Origin: Octopus sinensis
Taxonomy: Eukaryota
Direction: 5' to 3'
DNA length: 64,000 bases
Assembly (NCBI RefSeq): GCF_006345805.1
Contig: NC_043003.1
Coordinates: 6,944,001-7,008,000, forward strand
A model generated the notes under the pieces. It was not told where the DNA came from. It worked only from the letters and a program-made list of their open reading frames with translations, and did no database searches. Below are positions 34,500-47,229 of the stretch, piece by piece. How positions within the stretch are numbered: position 1 is the first letter of the stretch; each line of letters starts with the position of its first letter. The position numbers were made by a program, and so were the translations under genes.

Positions 34500-37400
34500 C
34501 TGCATATGTGCACCCATGCGGAAGCATGTAAAAAGTACCCAGCATACTCTGTAAAGTGGTTGGCGTTAGGAAAGGCATCCAGCTGTAGAGACCATGCCAC
34601 AACAGATCATTTGGAATCTGGACAGCTCCCCGGCTGGCCAGCACCTATCAAACCATCCCAATCATGCCAGCTTGGAAAACAGACATTAAACAAGGATGAT
34701 CGATCAAAAATCAATGGAAATTGCAGTTGCAATACCAGTGCCGGTGGCACGTAAAAGAACCATCCGAACATGGCTGTTGCCAGCCTCACCTGGCACATAA
34801 AAAGCACCTACTACACTTATGGAGTGGTTGGCGTTAGGAAGGGCATCCAGCTGTAGAAACACTGCCAGATCAGACTGGGCCTGGTGCAGACTCCTGGCTT
34901 CCCAGACCCTGGTCGAACTGTCCAACCCATGCTAGCATGGAAAGCAGACATTAAACAAGGATGATGAAGACAGCTGTATTAAGATGTACCATAAATGTGT
35001 ATAGACTCTGTGGAAGACGAAGATGTGAGATGATGTAGTGATGAATGAGCTTCAAATGTTGAACATCTTGGAGATGACAAAGGACTGAAATGATTGGTGA
35101 TTTATTGTGCAGGAGAAGAGTTGCTCATCTAAGTTAAAATGGGGGCCTAATGGTATGCCATTTATTTGTATGCCTTGAGACAATGTGTAATTTGAGGAAG
35201 ATTTGGTTGTTATTTCTAATGAATATATTGATAATCCCATGTTGATTTACCAAATAATGTTATTTTTGCTTACAAAGAGATACTGACCACGTATTTGTGT
35301 AAGAAAAACTTGTTTTTTGCCAAAGTAGAATTAAATGTTTTGATGGCCCAGAGTTTAAGGGACTCAGTGAAAGTTATACTTTTGTCGAGTAAGGGAGATA
35401 ACTGTTTCAATGAGAGCATTTGACATCATTTAATGTCCATCTTCAATGTTAGCCATGGGTTGAACTATTTGATAGTGTCCTACTGGGTTAAGCAAGTATC
35501 TCCTCAGTAGTAAGACAGCTATCCCTGTCCCTCTGTCTATTTCTATTTCTTTACTGCCCACAAGGGGCTAAACACAGAGGGGACAAACAAGGACAGACAA
35601 ACGGATTATGTCGATTATATCGACCCCAGTGCGTAACTGGTACTTATTTAATCGACCCCGAAAGGATGAAAGGCAAAGTCGACCTCGGCGGAATTTGAAC
35701 TCAGAACATAACGGCAGACAAAATACCGCTACGCATATCGCCCGGCGGGCTAACGTTTCTGCCAGCTCGCCGCCTTGTCATACTCCAACCTCTTGCCTGG
35801 CACACAGTCACTTCACTCAGTTCCACTGTCTTTTAAGCTGAGAGATCCTTGTCTTGCAGGCTGACAACCTCATGGGTGGTGCTGGCACCACATAAAAGCA
35901 CCCCTAACGGTGCCTCACAAAATGCCCCAAGTACACCCTGTAAAGTGGTTGGCATTAGGAAGGGCATCTAGTTGTAGAAACCATGACAAAACAAATGAAG
36001 CCTGGTACAGCTCAGGTCGCCCTGCCCAACCCATGCCAGCATAGAAAACAAATGCTTGATGATGATGATGACATACTCCAACCTCTTGCAATGACAGAAA
36101 GTAGTCTTTGTGACAAATTGTGCAGGAACAATAAACATTAAGACCCAGGAGGATCAATGGCAGTAATAAATGGTTTCTGTTATCTAGGTGACCCCTAATT
36201 AGCATATATATATATATATATATATATAAGACCTGTTGAGGCAAGTGAAATCGAAATCGATCAAAAAATCAATGGAAATTGTAGTTCTGATACCGGTGCC
36301 GGTGGCAAGTAAAAAGCACCATCCGAATGTGGCCATTGCCAGTACTACCTCAACTGGCTTCCGTGCCGGTGGTACGTAAAAAGCACCAACCGATCGTGGC
36401 TGTTGCCAGCCTCGCCTGGCACGTAAAAACTACCCACTACACTCATAGATTGGTTGGCATTAGGAAGGGCAACCAGCTGTAGAAACACTGCCAGATCAGA
36501 CTGGAGCCTAGTGCAGCCTCCTGGCTTCCCAGACCCTGGTCGAATCGTCCAACCCATGCTAGCGTGGAAAGCAGACGTTAAACGATGATGATGATGATGA
36601 AAATTATATAGTACTATTGTGCACTTTATAAGATAGTACAGGTAAAGAAGGCTTGCTCTTCAGATATATAATTTATAACATATACAGTGAAGATCCAGCA
36701 AGTAAAGTGTGATCGCAGCCACGCCCAATGCCAGTGTTGCATGTCCAACCCATTTAAGAGTACCCTTGATGCATCAGGTGATATAATATGCTTGAAAAGA
36801 CCTGTTGAGTCAAGCAAAACCAAAATCGTGGCTGTGGCCAGTGGTCTCTGACTGGCTCCTGTGCCAGTAGTACGTAAAAAGCACCATTTGAATGTGGTCG
36901 ATGCCTGGCCAGCCTGACTGGCTCCTGTGCTGGTGGCACGTAAAAAGCACCATCTGAATGTGGCCGATACCAGTGCTCCTTGACTGGCTCCTGTGCAGGT
37001 GGCATGTAAAAAGCACTATCCAAACATGGTCGATGCCAGGCCCGCTTGACTTACTTCTGTGCCAGCAGCATGTAAAAAGCACCCACTACACTTTCGGTGT
37101 GGTTGGCATTAGGAAGGGCATCCAGCTGTAGAAACATTGCCAGATCAGATTGGAGCCTGGTGCAGCCACTGGCTCTCCAGACTTCAGTCAAACTGTTCAA
37201 CGCATGGAAAACAGACGTCAAACGATGATGATGCTGATACACTAATACATCATCATCATCATTTAAAATTTGCTTTCTATGCTGGCATGGGTTAGATGGT
37301 TTGACTGGGACTGGTAAGCCAGAGACCTGCAACAGGCTTGTCTGATTTTGGCTTGATTTCTACAGCTGGATGCCCTTCCTAATGCCTACCACTCGGTGAA

Positions 37401-37560
37401 TGTAATGGTTGCTTTTTATGTGCCACAACTACTATTTCACTTGGCTTAACTGGCAACGGTTATGACTATGGTTTCACTTGGCTTAACGAGCCTTCTCAAG
37501 TACAACACATTGCAAATGATCTTGGTCTCTTGTCATCGCTCCATGATGTGCACCATTTAA
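34500..37560. mobile_element. Dense cluster of family B copies plus a SINE A (-, ~35545-35775)
   Basis: + copies at ~34500-34700, 34700-34968, 35870-36072, 36235-36600, 36780-37240; - copy at ~37248-37560 running into the RTE ORF end. Confidence 0.85.
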
Positions 37561-37797
37561 AGACCATGCTACCGGCAACAGTCACGAGTGCAATTTGCAT
37601 GACACCTCCAACAGACACAACTACGACTCCACTCAGCTTGACAAGTCCTCTCAAGCACAGCATACCACCAAAGGTCTTGGTTACATCTCGTCGTTTCCAC
37701 GAGGCCTGACATTCGAAGATCATGCTTCACCACTTTGTCCTATGTCTTCCTGGGTCTACCTCTTCTGCAGGTTCTCTCCACAGTCAGAGACTGGCAC

Positions 37798-38105
37798 TTA
37801 AGTTAAGTTAATTTTTTGGCTCAAAAAGCAAGGCCATGTAGGGGGACATGGAGTTATGTACAGGGAGGGTGTTCATGCAAAGAGTTCAGGCCATTTGTGG
37901 TCAAGGGAGACTTTGAACTGAGCGGTCGTCGGCATCTTCACTATCTCGTCCGGCAGCTTATTCCACGGATCCGCAACCGATTGAGATGTAATCATCGCAG
38001 ATAGAGCTTTTCGGAGTGACCTCGCAGCCAACGTTCTGGAGCAGGAGTGAAGAACAGCTCTTTCGAGAGGTTACACTTTCCGCTTATGATGTTGTGAGCA
38101 CATGC
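37798..38105 (-). mobile_element. CR1-type LINE 3' fragment (family b)
   Basis: HNIISGKCNLSKELFFTPAPER.LRGHSEKL...DPWNKLPDEIVKMPTTAQFK (frameshifted); (TAACT)n-like tail. Confidence 0.8.
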
Positions 38106-38109
38106 ACCA

Positions 38110-39260
38110 CATGATCATATCAGCATAGTTGTCTCTCTTGCACATCCATCTGATGCCTTTTATGCTCTGTCAAACATGCACACTGATGTTGCACATCCAG
38201 TGAAATATACTAGCTTCGTTTCTTGCAAGCCCTTACTTGTCCTTTGCAGTCACAGCTCATGTTTCACTGCTGTGGGTGAAGCATGGCTATTCACACAGAG
38301 TCATCATACAATCTATCTTTCATTCTGAGGAAGAGGCCCTTTGTTACCAACAGAGGTAGAAGTCTCTAAACTTTGCCCAGCCTATTCTTATTCTAGCAGC
38401 CATGCCCTCTCTACATCTCCTTCCACTGCTGACTTGGTCACCGAGATAATGGAAGCTATCAACTGCTTCTAGGTACCCCCCCCCCGCCCCCAGTATTTGA
38501 TGGAGTCCATTTTCTATACATTTCTTGTGGTTATTGTACCTGTACATCTGCTGCACACAAAGACTATTTTCCCTGTTAACCAATGCTCTGATATTACTGC
38601 ACCTCTTATATGTCCATAGCTTGCACTGGGTACATCTTATAGAGTTTCTACCTGAAGAGGTTTGTGATTTGTCCGCTTTCCTACTTACTAAGAATTTGGT
38701 TTTTGCTAAATGAACTCCAAGGCTCTTCGATTTTAGACCTTGCTTCTGTACCTGAAATTTCTTCTCTAGTTCTTGCAGTGATTCACCTATAAGAACAATG
38801 TCATCCTCATACAGGAGCTGCCATCTGTTGTTGCCTGGAGGGCTATGATGAAAAAGAGGGGCTTGGGGAGTGATTCTTAGTGAACCCCTACTTATACCTT
38901 GAATTCATGACTTTACTTTTTGCCAACCCTCATTAACCACTCATCTATCCCTAGTTTCCACATTGAACACCAAATAAGGGATCAGAGAACCTTGTTGAAG
39001 GCTTTCTCCATGTCAACAAAAGTCAAGTATAGAAGTTTATCCTTGGTTAGGAATTTCTCCTGCAGCTGCCTTACCAGGAATATAGCATCAGTGGTGCTTC
39101 TACCTGGCACAAACCCAAACTGCATCCCATCTAGACTAACCCTCTCCCTAATCAGTTGGCCTATGACCCTCTCCACAACTTTTATTACCCGATCCAACAA
39201 TATGATACCTCTGTAATTATTTCTAAGGCATCACCTTTGCCTTTAGACTTGTAAATTAAT
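38110..39260 (-). mobile_element. RTE LINE RT fragment
   Basis: MQFGFVPGRSTTDAIFLVRQLQEK...FVDMEKAF; VDSFHYLGD; PHD-like remnant CTQCKLWTYKRC. Confidence 0.9.
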
Positions 39261-40269
39261 TTATTTTACACTAAAATAAATGAAGTTTCTATGATGTTGG
39301 CTGCAAAATGATTGTAACCTTGTAGATATAAACTGGTGAAATAAATATATTCATCTCATACCTCCTGACTTTCTTTAAATTTGATATAATCCTAATGAAA
39401 TAATCATTACTAATTAGACTTACTGGATTTCAAATGTATAAGACTCTATGTTACATCCTTATATATTGGTTTATTATGTTGTTTGTAGCCTGATCGACTA
39501 AAGGAGCTTTTTGGGGAGTACCACCGAATTAGTTAAATCCATATATTGTGCATTAAATTTTAATATTTATATATATATATTCTTTTACGTTAACATGGTG
39601 GACAGGTCAGTTTTAGCTTCACTACTATTATAATGTAAACCTTTTTGAACTCATAATATTCTGTACGTGTATACCAATATTTCAATGAGCTTGTTAAACT
39701 TTTTTATCTTCTCAACATGCTCTTGTCACCAAAGAATGTACATTTATATGGATTGTAGTACTCTGTGTCAACCAATATTCTATGCATGTTTGAATATACA
39801 GATACAATACCAATATCAATATCAATTCCTTCTGGAAACTATCTTAAGCATGTCCTTGAGAATGATTATTTATGTAGTAATCTTTTGTGCCCAATATTTT
39901 AAGGAACTTGTTGAACTTTTTTATGTCCTTAACATGTCCCTGTTACCAAAGACTGTATACATGTAATGTAGCAATTTGTAACAACCAATAATTAACACAA
40001 CCAAACTTCTACATGTTACTTTTGACAATCTTTTTCCAAAGAGTGAAAACGGTAAAGTAAATAAACATCTTTTAAATTGCATTTTCAAAACTTCTTTCGT
40101 ATATATATATATAAATAGATGATTGTATTTTTACCTTGTTAACAATTAACATGGAAAAAATAAATAAATAGTTACCAGGGCAGCAAAAATCTCACAAGTG
40201 GAATTTTCGAAACATGTGTCGAAAGTAAAAATATTTGATTACACCTGCGTTAACTCCATTTTTTATTCA

Positions 40270-40590
40270 TATATATATATAGCAATATCAAAGGAAGGCT
40301 AACTGGGAAGATAGATTTTGTATGTGGCAAATGCTCAGATGCTGTAAACACTGAAACTGTGCAGAGAACAGCTTCTGTCACATTCCAGGGTGAAAAACTA
40401 CAAGAAGTCGACAGCTTCCGTTACCTAGGTGACCAAGTCAGTAGCAGGGGGTGGGTGCTTTGAAAGTGTAGCTGCTAGAATAAGAATAAGCTGGGCAAAG
40501 TCCAGAGAGCTCCTACATGACAGTGTAAGCGCCCTGAGAGAAAAGTTGGACTTAAGGAGCATCAGATGTGGTGTGCACGTCAAGACGAGT
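40270..40590 (+). mobile_element. RTE LINE fragment
   Basis: EVDSFRYLGDQV...VAARIRISWAKSRELL...LREKLDLRSIRCGV. Confidence 0.8.
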
Positions 40591-40859
40591 AAAATTACTA
40601 CTGCAATATAGGAATTAGAGAGTTACCTCCCTTAACACACGGGCGGCAAGTCGAGGATTCAAGGAAATCAGACATGGAAGCCTGCAGTTGTCAAATCAGT
40701 CGACGACGCACCAAGATCCAACGACAAATGACGTCAGATGGAAGACAGTATCGATGAAATCGTTGTCGTCTGTGGACAGCTGCTGAGAATCCAACAGCTT
40801 AGCCAACTGGAGAATGGGAAGAGACTATGATACAGATGAGTGTGAGACTACAGACACTA

Positions 40860-41330
40860 TCATCATCGTTTAACGTCCGCTTCCCATGCTAGCATGGGTT
40901 GGACGGTTTGACTGAGGTCTGGCGAACCCAACTCCAATCTGATCTGGCAGAGTTTCAACAGCTTGATGCCCTTCCTAACGCCAACCACTCCGAGAGTGTA
41001 GTGGGTGCCTTTAACATGCCACTGGCACGGGGGCCAGTCAGGCGGTACTGGCAATGACCTCGCACAAATCTTTTTACACGTGCCACCGGCACAGGTGCCA
41101 GTAAGGCGATGCTGGTAACGATTACGCTCGAATGGTGCCCTTTTACATGCCACCAGCACAGAGGCTAGATAGCCGCTCTGGCAACGATCACGCTTGGATG
41201 GTGCTCTTAGCACCCTACTAGCACGGAGCACAAGTGCCAGTAAGGTGACGCTGGTAACGGTCACACTCGAATGGTGCCTTTTATGTGCTACTGGCACGGA
41301 AGCCGGTTAGCCGCTCTGACTAACCATTAA
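40860..41330 (-). mobile_element. Family B copy with duplicated module
   Basis: Same long variant as 27540-28007. Confidence 0.85.
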
Positions 41331-41671
41331 ATAGATTAAATAGATTCATTTATGGACAGTTAAATTCAAAGATATATTCATGGACTCTGAAGAAAGTTGC
41401 TTTATCAGAATGATAATGAAATATATAACTGAATTTATTTGAAGTTGATGATTTAAGTTCCAACCCCTTGCAATGTTTGTAAAGAAGGGAGATGTAATGG
41501 AAGTGGCATCATAATCACGTGTTGTATGACGTAACAAATACACATAGTAATGGCTGCGCCCTGTGTCAACATCTGCTGGGTGGTAAAAATGCTTTGAGCT
41601 GATGACAGGAGGTACTTATAATGGATACAGACCAAGAAAGATTCAGTGAGCTCTGATTTAAAGATGCAAAC

Positions 41672-41885
41672 TGGCAGAACCGTTAGCACACCGGGCGAAG
41701 TGCGTAGCCGTATTTCGTCTGCCATTACGTTCTGAGTTCAAATTCCACCGAGGTCGACTTTGCCTTTCATCCTTTCGGGGTCGATAAATTAAGTACCAGT
41801 TATGCACTGGGGTCGATGTAATCAACTTAATCCGTTTGTTTGTCCTTGTTTGTCCGCTCTGTGTTTAGCCCCTTGTGGGTGAAAC
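41672..41885 (+). mobile_element. SINE family A
   Basis: CTGGCAGAACCGTTAGC...CCCTTGTGGGT. Confidence 0.9.
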
Positions 41886-42026
41886 AGAAACAGATTTAAA
41901 GATGGCGGAGCTTTAGAAATAATATAAAACAAAGTTCAACAAGAATGGCGCTACATCATATTGTAATTCTATGTCAGAATGAAAAATAAAAAAATACATA
42001 TTTTATTCCATCTCAATGACCAGTTG

Positions 42027-42903
42027 TCATATCTTTATTTTTCCATCACATTGGTGTGATCTCCCATCTGTGTGGATACGTCTGTGGGAAAATAAATAAC
42101 GTTTCTGAGAGAAGGTTTTATTGCATATATCGCAGTTATATGGTTTCTTTCTTGTGTGGATATGTTTGTGGGTAATGGAAATGGTTTTCTGAGAGAATGT
42201 TTTACCACAGATATCGCAATGGTAAGGTTTGTCACCAGTGTGAAGACGTTTGTGATTAATTAAATTATGGTTGTGGGAAAATGTTTTAGCACAGATATTA
42301 CAGCGATATGGTTTCTCCCCTGTGTGGGTACGTTTGTGGCAAGACAAACTACCATTTTGGGAAAATGCTTTGCCACAAGTCTCACAGTGGTATGGTTTCT
42401 CACCTGTATGGATACGTATGTGGGATGATAAATTACCACTCAGAGAGAATGTTTTACCACAAATATTACAGTGATATGGTTTCTCTCCCGTGTGGATATA
42501 TTTGTGGAGAGATAAATTGCTATTTTGAGAGAATTTTTTACCACAGATATCACAGCGGTATGGTCTTTCTCCAGTGTGAACACGTTTGTGAGCAGTTGAA
42601 CTACTTTCAGAGAATGTTTTACCACAGATACCACAGTGATATACTTTCTTTCCTGTATGAATAAGCTTGTGCTGAAATAAGGAACGGCTCATAGTGAATT
42701 GTTTGCCACAGTTTTCACAGTTGTAGAGTTTAGAATCTGAGTGAATAAATTTATGTTAAATTAAATTCTTCCTTGTTGTGAATAACTTCCCACATATATC
42801 GCAATGGTGTGATTCCTCTTCTGTTTTTTTCTTGTGTCTAGATAGATGAAATATTATTTTCTAGCTCTGCCTTATCATCCATAAGTGTCTCCTTTAAATC
42901 CAT
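42027..42903 (-). pseudogene. C2H2 zinc-finger paralog, 9 fingers, probably pseudogenised
   Basis: In-frame TAA at 42758-42756 inside finger 1. Upstream ATG (42903) is out of frame and hits TAG. Finger 3 lacks one residue, and a tenth finger is truncated. The residual ORF 42692-42027 stays open. Confidence 0.7.
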
Positions 42904-43244
42904 ATATATGATGGTCTTTGTTAAAATCTGAAAATATTTTGGCTTTTAAGAAAAGCTTAGGATAGAATTTTGTAATTAATGATGAGTCTAGCAGATCTTT
43001 TTAAGAAAATAACTTCAAGACAGGTAAAACATCATAATAAATAATCTCTGAATCTACACTTGCAGTTAATATGAGAATTATTGTAAATAATCTCAATTCT
43101 GAGGAAATATCTCCCATTCATTCATCCAAGTGTTGTAGAGAAAGACTGACATCAGTTTGATGAAGTTATTTTTGGTCTTCAAAAGTTGATAAATATGTTG
43201 AACATCTTCAGCGATATAGTTTTATCTCAATGTCGTCAGATAAC

Positions 43245-43265
43245 CTGAAATAAAAAAAAAACAAG
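43245..43265 (-). promoter_or_regulatory. Candidate splice acceptor of the - strand ZNF
   Basis: TTGTTTTTTTTTATTTCAG|G, nearly identical to the acceptor at 28069. Confidence 0.5.
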
Positions 43266-43464
43266 GGACAATCAAGATTTAAGATGAAGATTATTGAAGA
43301 GAAGATATTTGGATCACAGATGTTGAAAGTTAGAATATGTTTACAGAGAGGAGACACTTTGATATATAGATGTGGCAGAAGTAGATAAAGAGGGCTATGG
43401 GTATGGGTCTTGGAATGAAAACTTTCATCAATGACCACTAGTCAATATGTCTTAGTCTATGGAA

Positions 43465-44660
43465 TCATCATCATCATCATCATCATCGTTTAATGTCCGC
43501 TTTCCGTGCTAGCATGGGTTGGACGGATCGACCGGGGTCTGGGAAGCCAGGAGGCTGCACCAGGCTCCAGTCTGATCTGGCAGTGTTTCTACAGCTGGAT
43601 GCCCTTCCTAACGCCAACCACTCCGTGAGTGTAGTGGGTGCTTTTTACATGCCACCCGCACAGGTACCAGGGGAGGCTGGCAGCGGCCATGATCGGTTGG
43701 TGCTTTTTACGTGAATGTCTTAAAATTATCCTGTTTCTCACCTGATTCAACAAAAACAAAAAATACACAACTGCACCACGGTAGATATTCATTGCCATCA
43801 GTACATTTCTTCAACCAAGTAAGAATCATTCCACCTTATCATCATCGGTTTAGCGTCCGCTTTCCATGCTGGCATGGGTTGGACGGTGCAACTGGGGTCT
43901 GGGAAGCCAGGACGCTGCACCAGGCCCAGTCTGAGCTGGCAATGTTTCTACGGCTAGATGCCCTTCCTAATGCCAACCACTCCGAGAGTGTAGTGGGTGC
44001 TTTTTACGTGCCTCAAATTTTTCTTTGTATGCTCAAAATACTAATATGAAGGAGAATGCCTGTGAGCTGTCAAATTACACAGAAAACTCGATTTTACACC
44101 ATATTAATTGAATAGTTTGGTTAAACACAATGATGCTTTGGCAGCACAAAAGATGACAGCATATAAGACTGATAATGTCAAGAGCATAGCTATACACAAA
44201 GTAAAACTAAGGCCCAATATTGTTCCACAACTACTGGGGGAGACCAGTTTCAAAAACTCCATCCATTCGACCAAAATTGAACTTTTGCTAAGTATGAAGT
44301 TTCTATTTCAGTTATTGATCTAGAATAATCTCTATTAAAATAACCGTATGTCAGGGTCCATCTAGACCACTCATCACTGCCATTTTTATTTCTTTTTCTG
44401 GCTCCACTCCCTCTATATCATCATCATCATTATCATCATCATCGTTTAGCGTCCGCTTTCCATGCTAGCATGGGTTGGACGGTTGAACTGGGGTCTGGGA
44501 AGCCAGGAGGCTGCACCAGGCTCCAGTCTGATCTGGCAGTGTTTCTACAGCTGGATGCCCTTCCTAACGCCAACCACTCCGTGAGTGTAGTGGATGCTTT
44601 TTATGTGCCACCCGCACAGGTGCCAGACGGAGCTGGCAAACGGCCACGGACGGATGGTGC
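43465..44660 (-). mobile_element. Three same-orientation family B copies
   Basis: (CAT)n-CGTTTA...TCCATGCT starts at ~43465, 43838 and 44418. Confidence 0.9.
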
Positions 44661-44679
44661 ATAAAATAATAATGAAATT

Positions 44680-45270
44680 ATTGTATATGGTGCTCAGGTG
44701 CACCACAACTTGTCAGAAAGTGCATATAAAGTATATGCAGTAATGTAGAAATGTCTGGAAAGCGAACAATGTATGAGTTAGATACAATTCTTGCGTGTGT
44801 ATGGAGAGGAGAAAATCAGGTGTAGTGTTGGCGAATCTCAGGAAGCATGGAAGTTTTGAAGGATGCAGTGCTCCGACAACTAACAACTGATGCCGGCAGT
44901 TTGTTCCATGCTTCAGCAACTCTCAGCGTGAAAAAATGTTTCCTGAAGTCATGGGAGCTGTGCTGTTTTCTTACTTTGTAAATATGTCCACGGGTGTTAG
45001 ATGGGTGGAGTTTGAAAAGGTGCTCAGAGTTATTGTTTGTAAGATGGTTAATAATTTTATGGGTGTCTGCCAAGTCAGCTGCCAAACGTTGGAGTTTCGA
45101 TGTATTCATGCCCAGGGAAGTAAGGCATTTAGAATATGGCAAATGCCTGATGGAGGGTATTCTCTTGGTTGCACGTCGCTGAATGGCTTCCAGACGATTA
45201 ATATCCTGGGCAAGATAAGGGTTCCAGACCAGTGATGCAAATTCCGGGTGAGGTCGTACCATAGCTATAT
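44680..45270 (-). mobile_element. CR1-type LINE 3' fragment (family a)
   Basis: ORF 44816-45262: VRPHPEFASLVWNPYL..DINRLEAIQRRATK...TRGH.YK...WNKLP. Confidence 0.92.
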
Positions 45271-46309
45271 AGGGATATTTTTAATGAAATTTTCTACATT
45301 TATGTGTTATATTATGTAGATTCCGAATATACAAATGTTTTGAGGAAAGTGTTTTAGGAGGGAGTGGGGGAATTTCGTCTTAACTTTCAAGAAAATGGAT
45401 ATATTTTAATGAAATCCTCTACAAATATACATCGGGCTATGTAGATTCCCAGGACATAGGAATTTGGTGGGAAAACAATTGGAGGTTATGTTTGAGAATC
45501 GTTCCCCCCTCAGGGGCGTTTCGGCAATAGTCGTCCATATTTTTCTCCGTTTGGTGCGTTTGTACATCCGTAGATTTCTACACACATACGTAATTAAAAA
45601 TGTTCAAACGGGGAATTATTTAATTCAGCATCATGTTTACTACAGAGATTATGTAACAAATTATACTTTACAAGGTGATCAAAATTTTGCCCTGGTGATC
45701 TTTCGATTTTATATCGAAATTTTCCCCTTTTTGCCCTTTACACTTCTATATTTAACTGTGCGTATATATTCCTTATTTTTGCTTCTGCCTTTCTATTAGA
45801 AACGTTTACCTGGGAATTTACTTAAAGTGAAAAAAATTGTATGCAACAGATAAGTCGTCTTAATAGCATATTTCTGTATACCAGACCGTTAGCTGTTATT
45901 TTTAGCATAACGAGTATTTTGGTGCCTTCAGTAGAAATCTACGGATGCACAAACGCACGAAACGGAGAAAATGAAACAAATATGGACTAGTGCCGAAACA
46001 CCCCTGAGTGGGGAACAATTCTCAAAAATAACCCCCAATTGTTTTTCCCCAAAAATTCATATGCCGTCGGAATCTACATAGTCCGAGGTATATTTGTAGA
46101 GAATTTCATTTAAAACTATCCATTTTCTTGAAAGTTAAGGCGAATTGAAGTGGACTCCGGTGAATTTTCCGAAATTCCCCCACTCCCGCCAAAAATACTT
46201 TTCCCGAAACATTTTGTATATTCTGGATTCCCCGGGCAGAAGTCTTTCCTATTCGGAATCTACATGATATAACACATAATTGTAGAAAATTTCATTAAAA
46301 AATATCCCT
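45271..46309. mobile_element. ~1-kb foldback-type element with very long imperfect TIRs
   Basis: Left arm 45271-45581 and right arm 45931-46309 are reverse complements (AGGGATATTTTTAATGAAATTTTCTACA / TGTAGAAAATTTCATTAAAAAATATCCCT). Non-coding spacer. Confidence 0.85.
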
Positions 46310-46726
46310 TTTTCTGAAAGTTATGATCATCCAAAGTCGGTGGGGTGGGGCATAAATCTGTAGTAATGCCTGCTAATGTTTATGGTTGTATTTTCTTTTG
46401 CGTTTTGCCAGGACAGGAATATTGTAGTTGTAAAACAGAAAGTAGAGATATAAAATATAATAGCAGAGATGTACTTGCATAGCAAGTGACGTGATCTGAG
46501 TTCGTGTGCTGGAACGAAAACAATTGCAGCGTGGAAGGTGTTTGTAAGCCATTTAAGAAACACGCAAAAACCGTTAGATTCACTTCAACATTTAAATTTA
46601 AATTGTCAAAATGTTTTGGTCGCTTTGAGACCGCGACCTGTTGTTCACTGGCAAAGCTTCGTGCTGCATAATATAATTATAGATTGTGCATAAAAGAAAC
46701 GTGTAAGATGTCTTTAAACGACGGCT

Positions 46727-46940
46727 ACTTACATATGAATGAAGTTTAAAAGATGAAAGGAGAGATGTAGGAAGATTTGACGAGGACATCGTTGATAAAT
46801 TTCAACTAATTCTTACAGAATGTCTCTGTTATCTTTCGATTAATAATCTATTTAAGTTAATGACGCAGGGTAAAGATTTCAATATACCGCCCTTGTTTAC
46901 ACAGAGAGAGAGAAATAGATGTTGGTTATATACCGGAAGT
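46727..46940 (-). promoter_or_regulatory. Candidate promoter and non-coding first exon of the - strand ZNF
   Basis: Donor ACTTCATTCATAT|GTAAGT at 46732; ETS-type CCGGAAGT at 46933-46940; unique sequence. Confidence 0.35.
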
Positions 46941-47229
46941 GAAACTCGTTGTATGAGGGGGGGTGATCTGTACTAACTCCCGATTTGTAGCGGGGTCTTT
47001 TCGCTTTGACCGACAGATTTTTAAAATAATTTCTTTGTAACTAAATACTTTTAAACTTCGTATACTGGTAGAATGTGTCACATAAAACATCTTTTTCTCT
47101 TGGTTTTCTTGAGAAAATTCTGTAGTTTGTAAGCTATTTGGTGTTTAATTTTTTGCATTTCGGCAATTTCAACCAATCAATGACGTCTATTGAGGTGAAT
47201 ACAATTTCTCCGGTTCTTTGTCAACAACA

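Noticed and set aside
42756-42840. A-to-I editing rescuing the stops of the - strand ZNF
   Set aside because: UAA needs two edits and would give Trp, and editing cannot repair the upstream frameshift.
43493-44664. Recurrent peptide [30 protein letters not shown] as a multicopy small-protein family (also 1625, 5999, 30812, 32085)
   Set aside because: Antisense reading of the family B RTE 3'UTR; frames and stops vary between copies.
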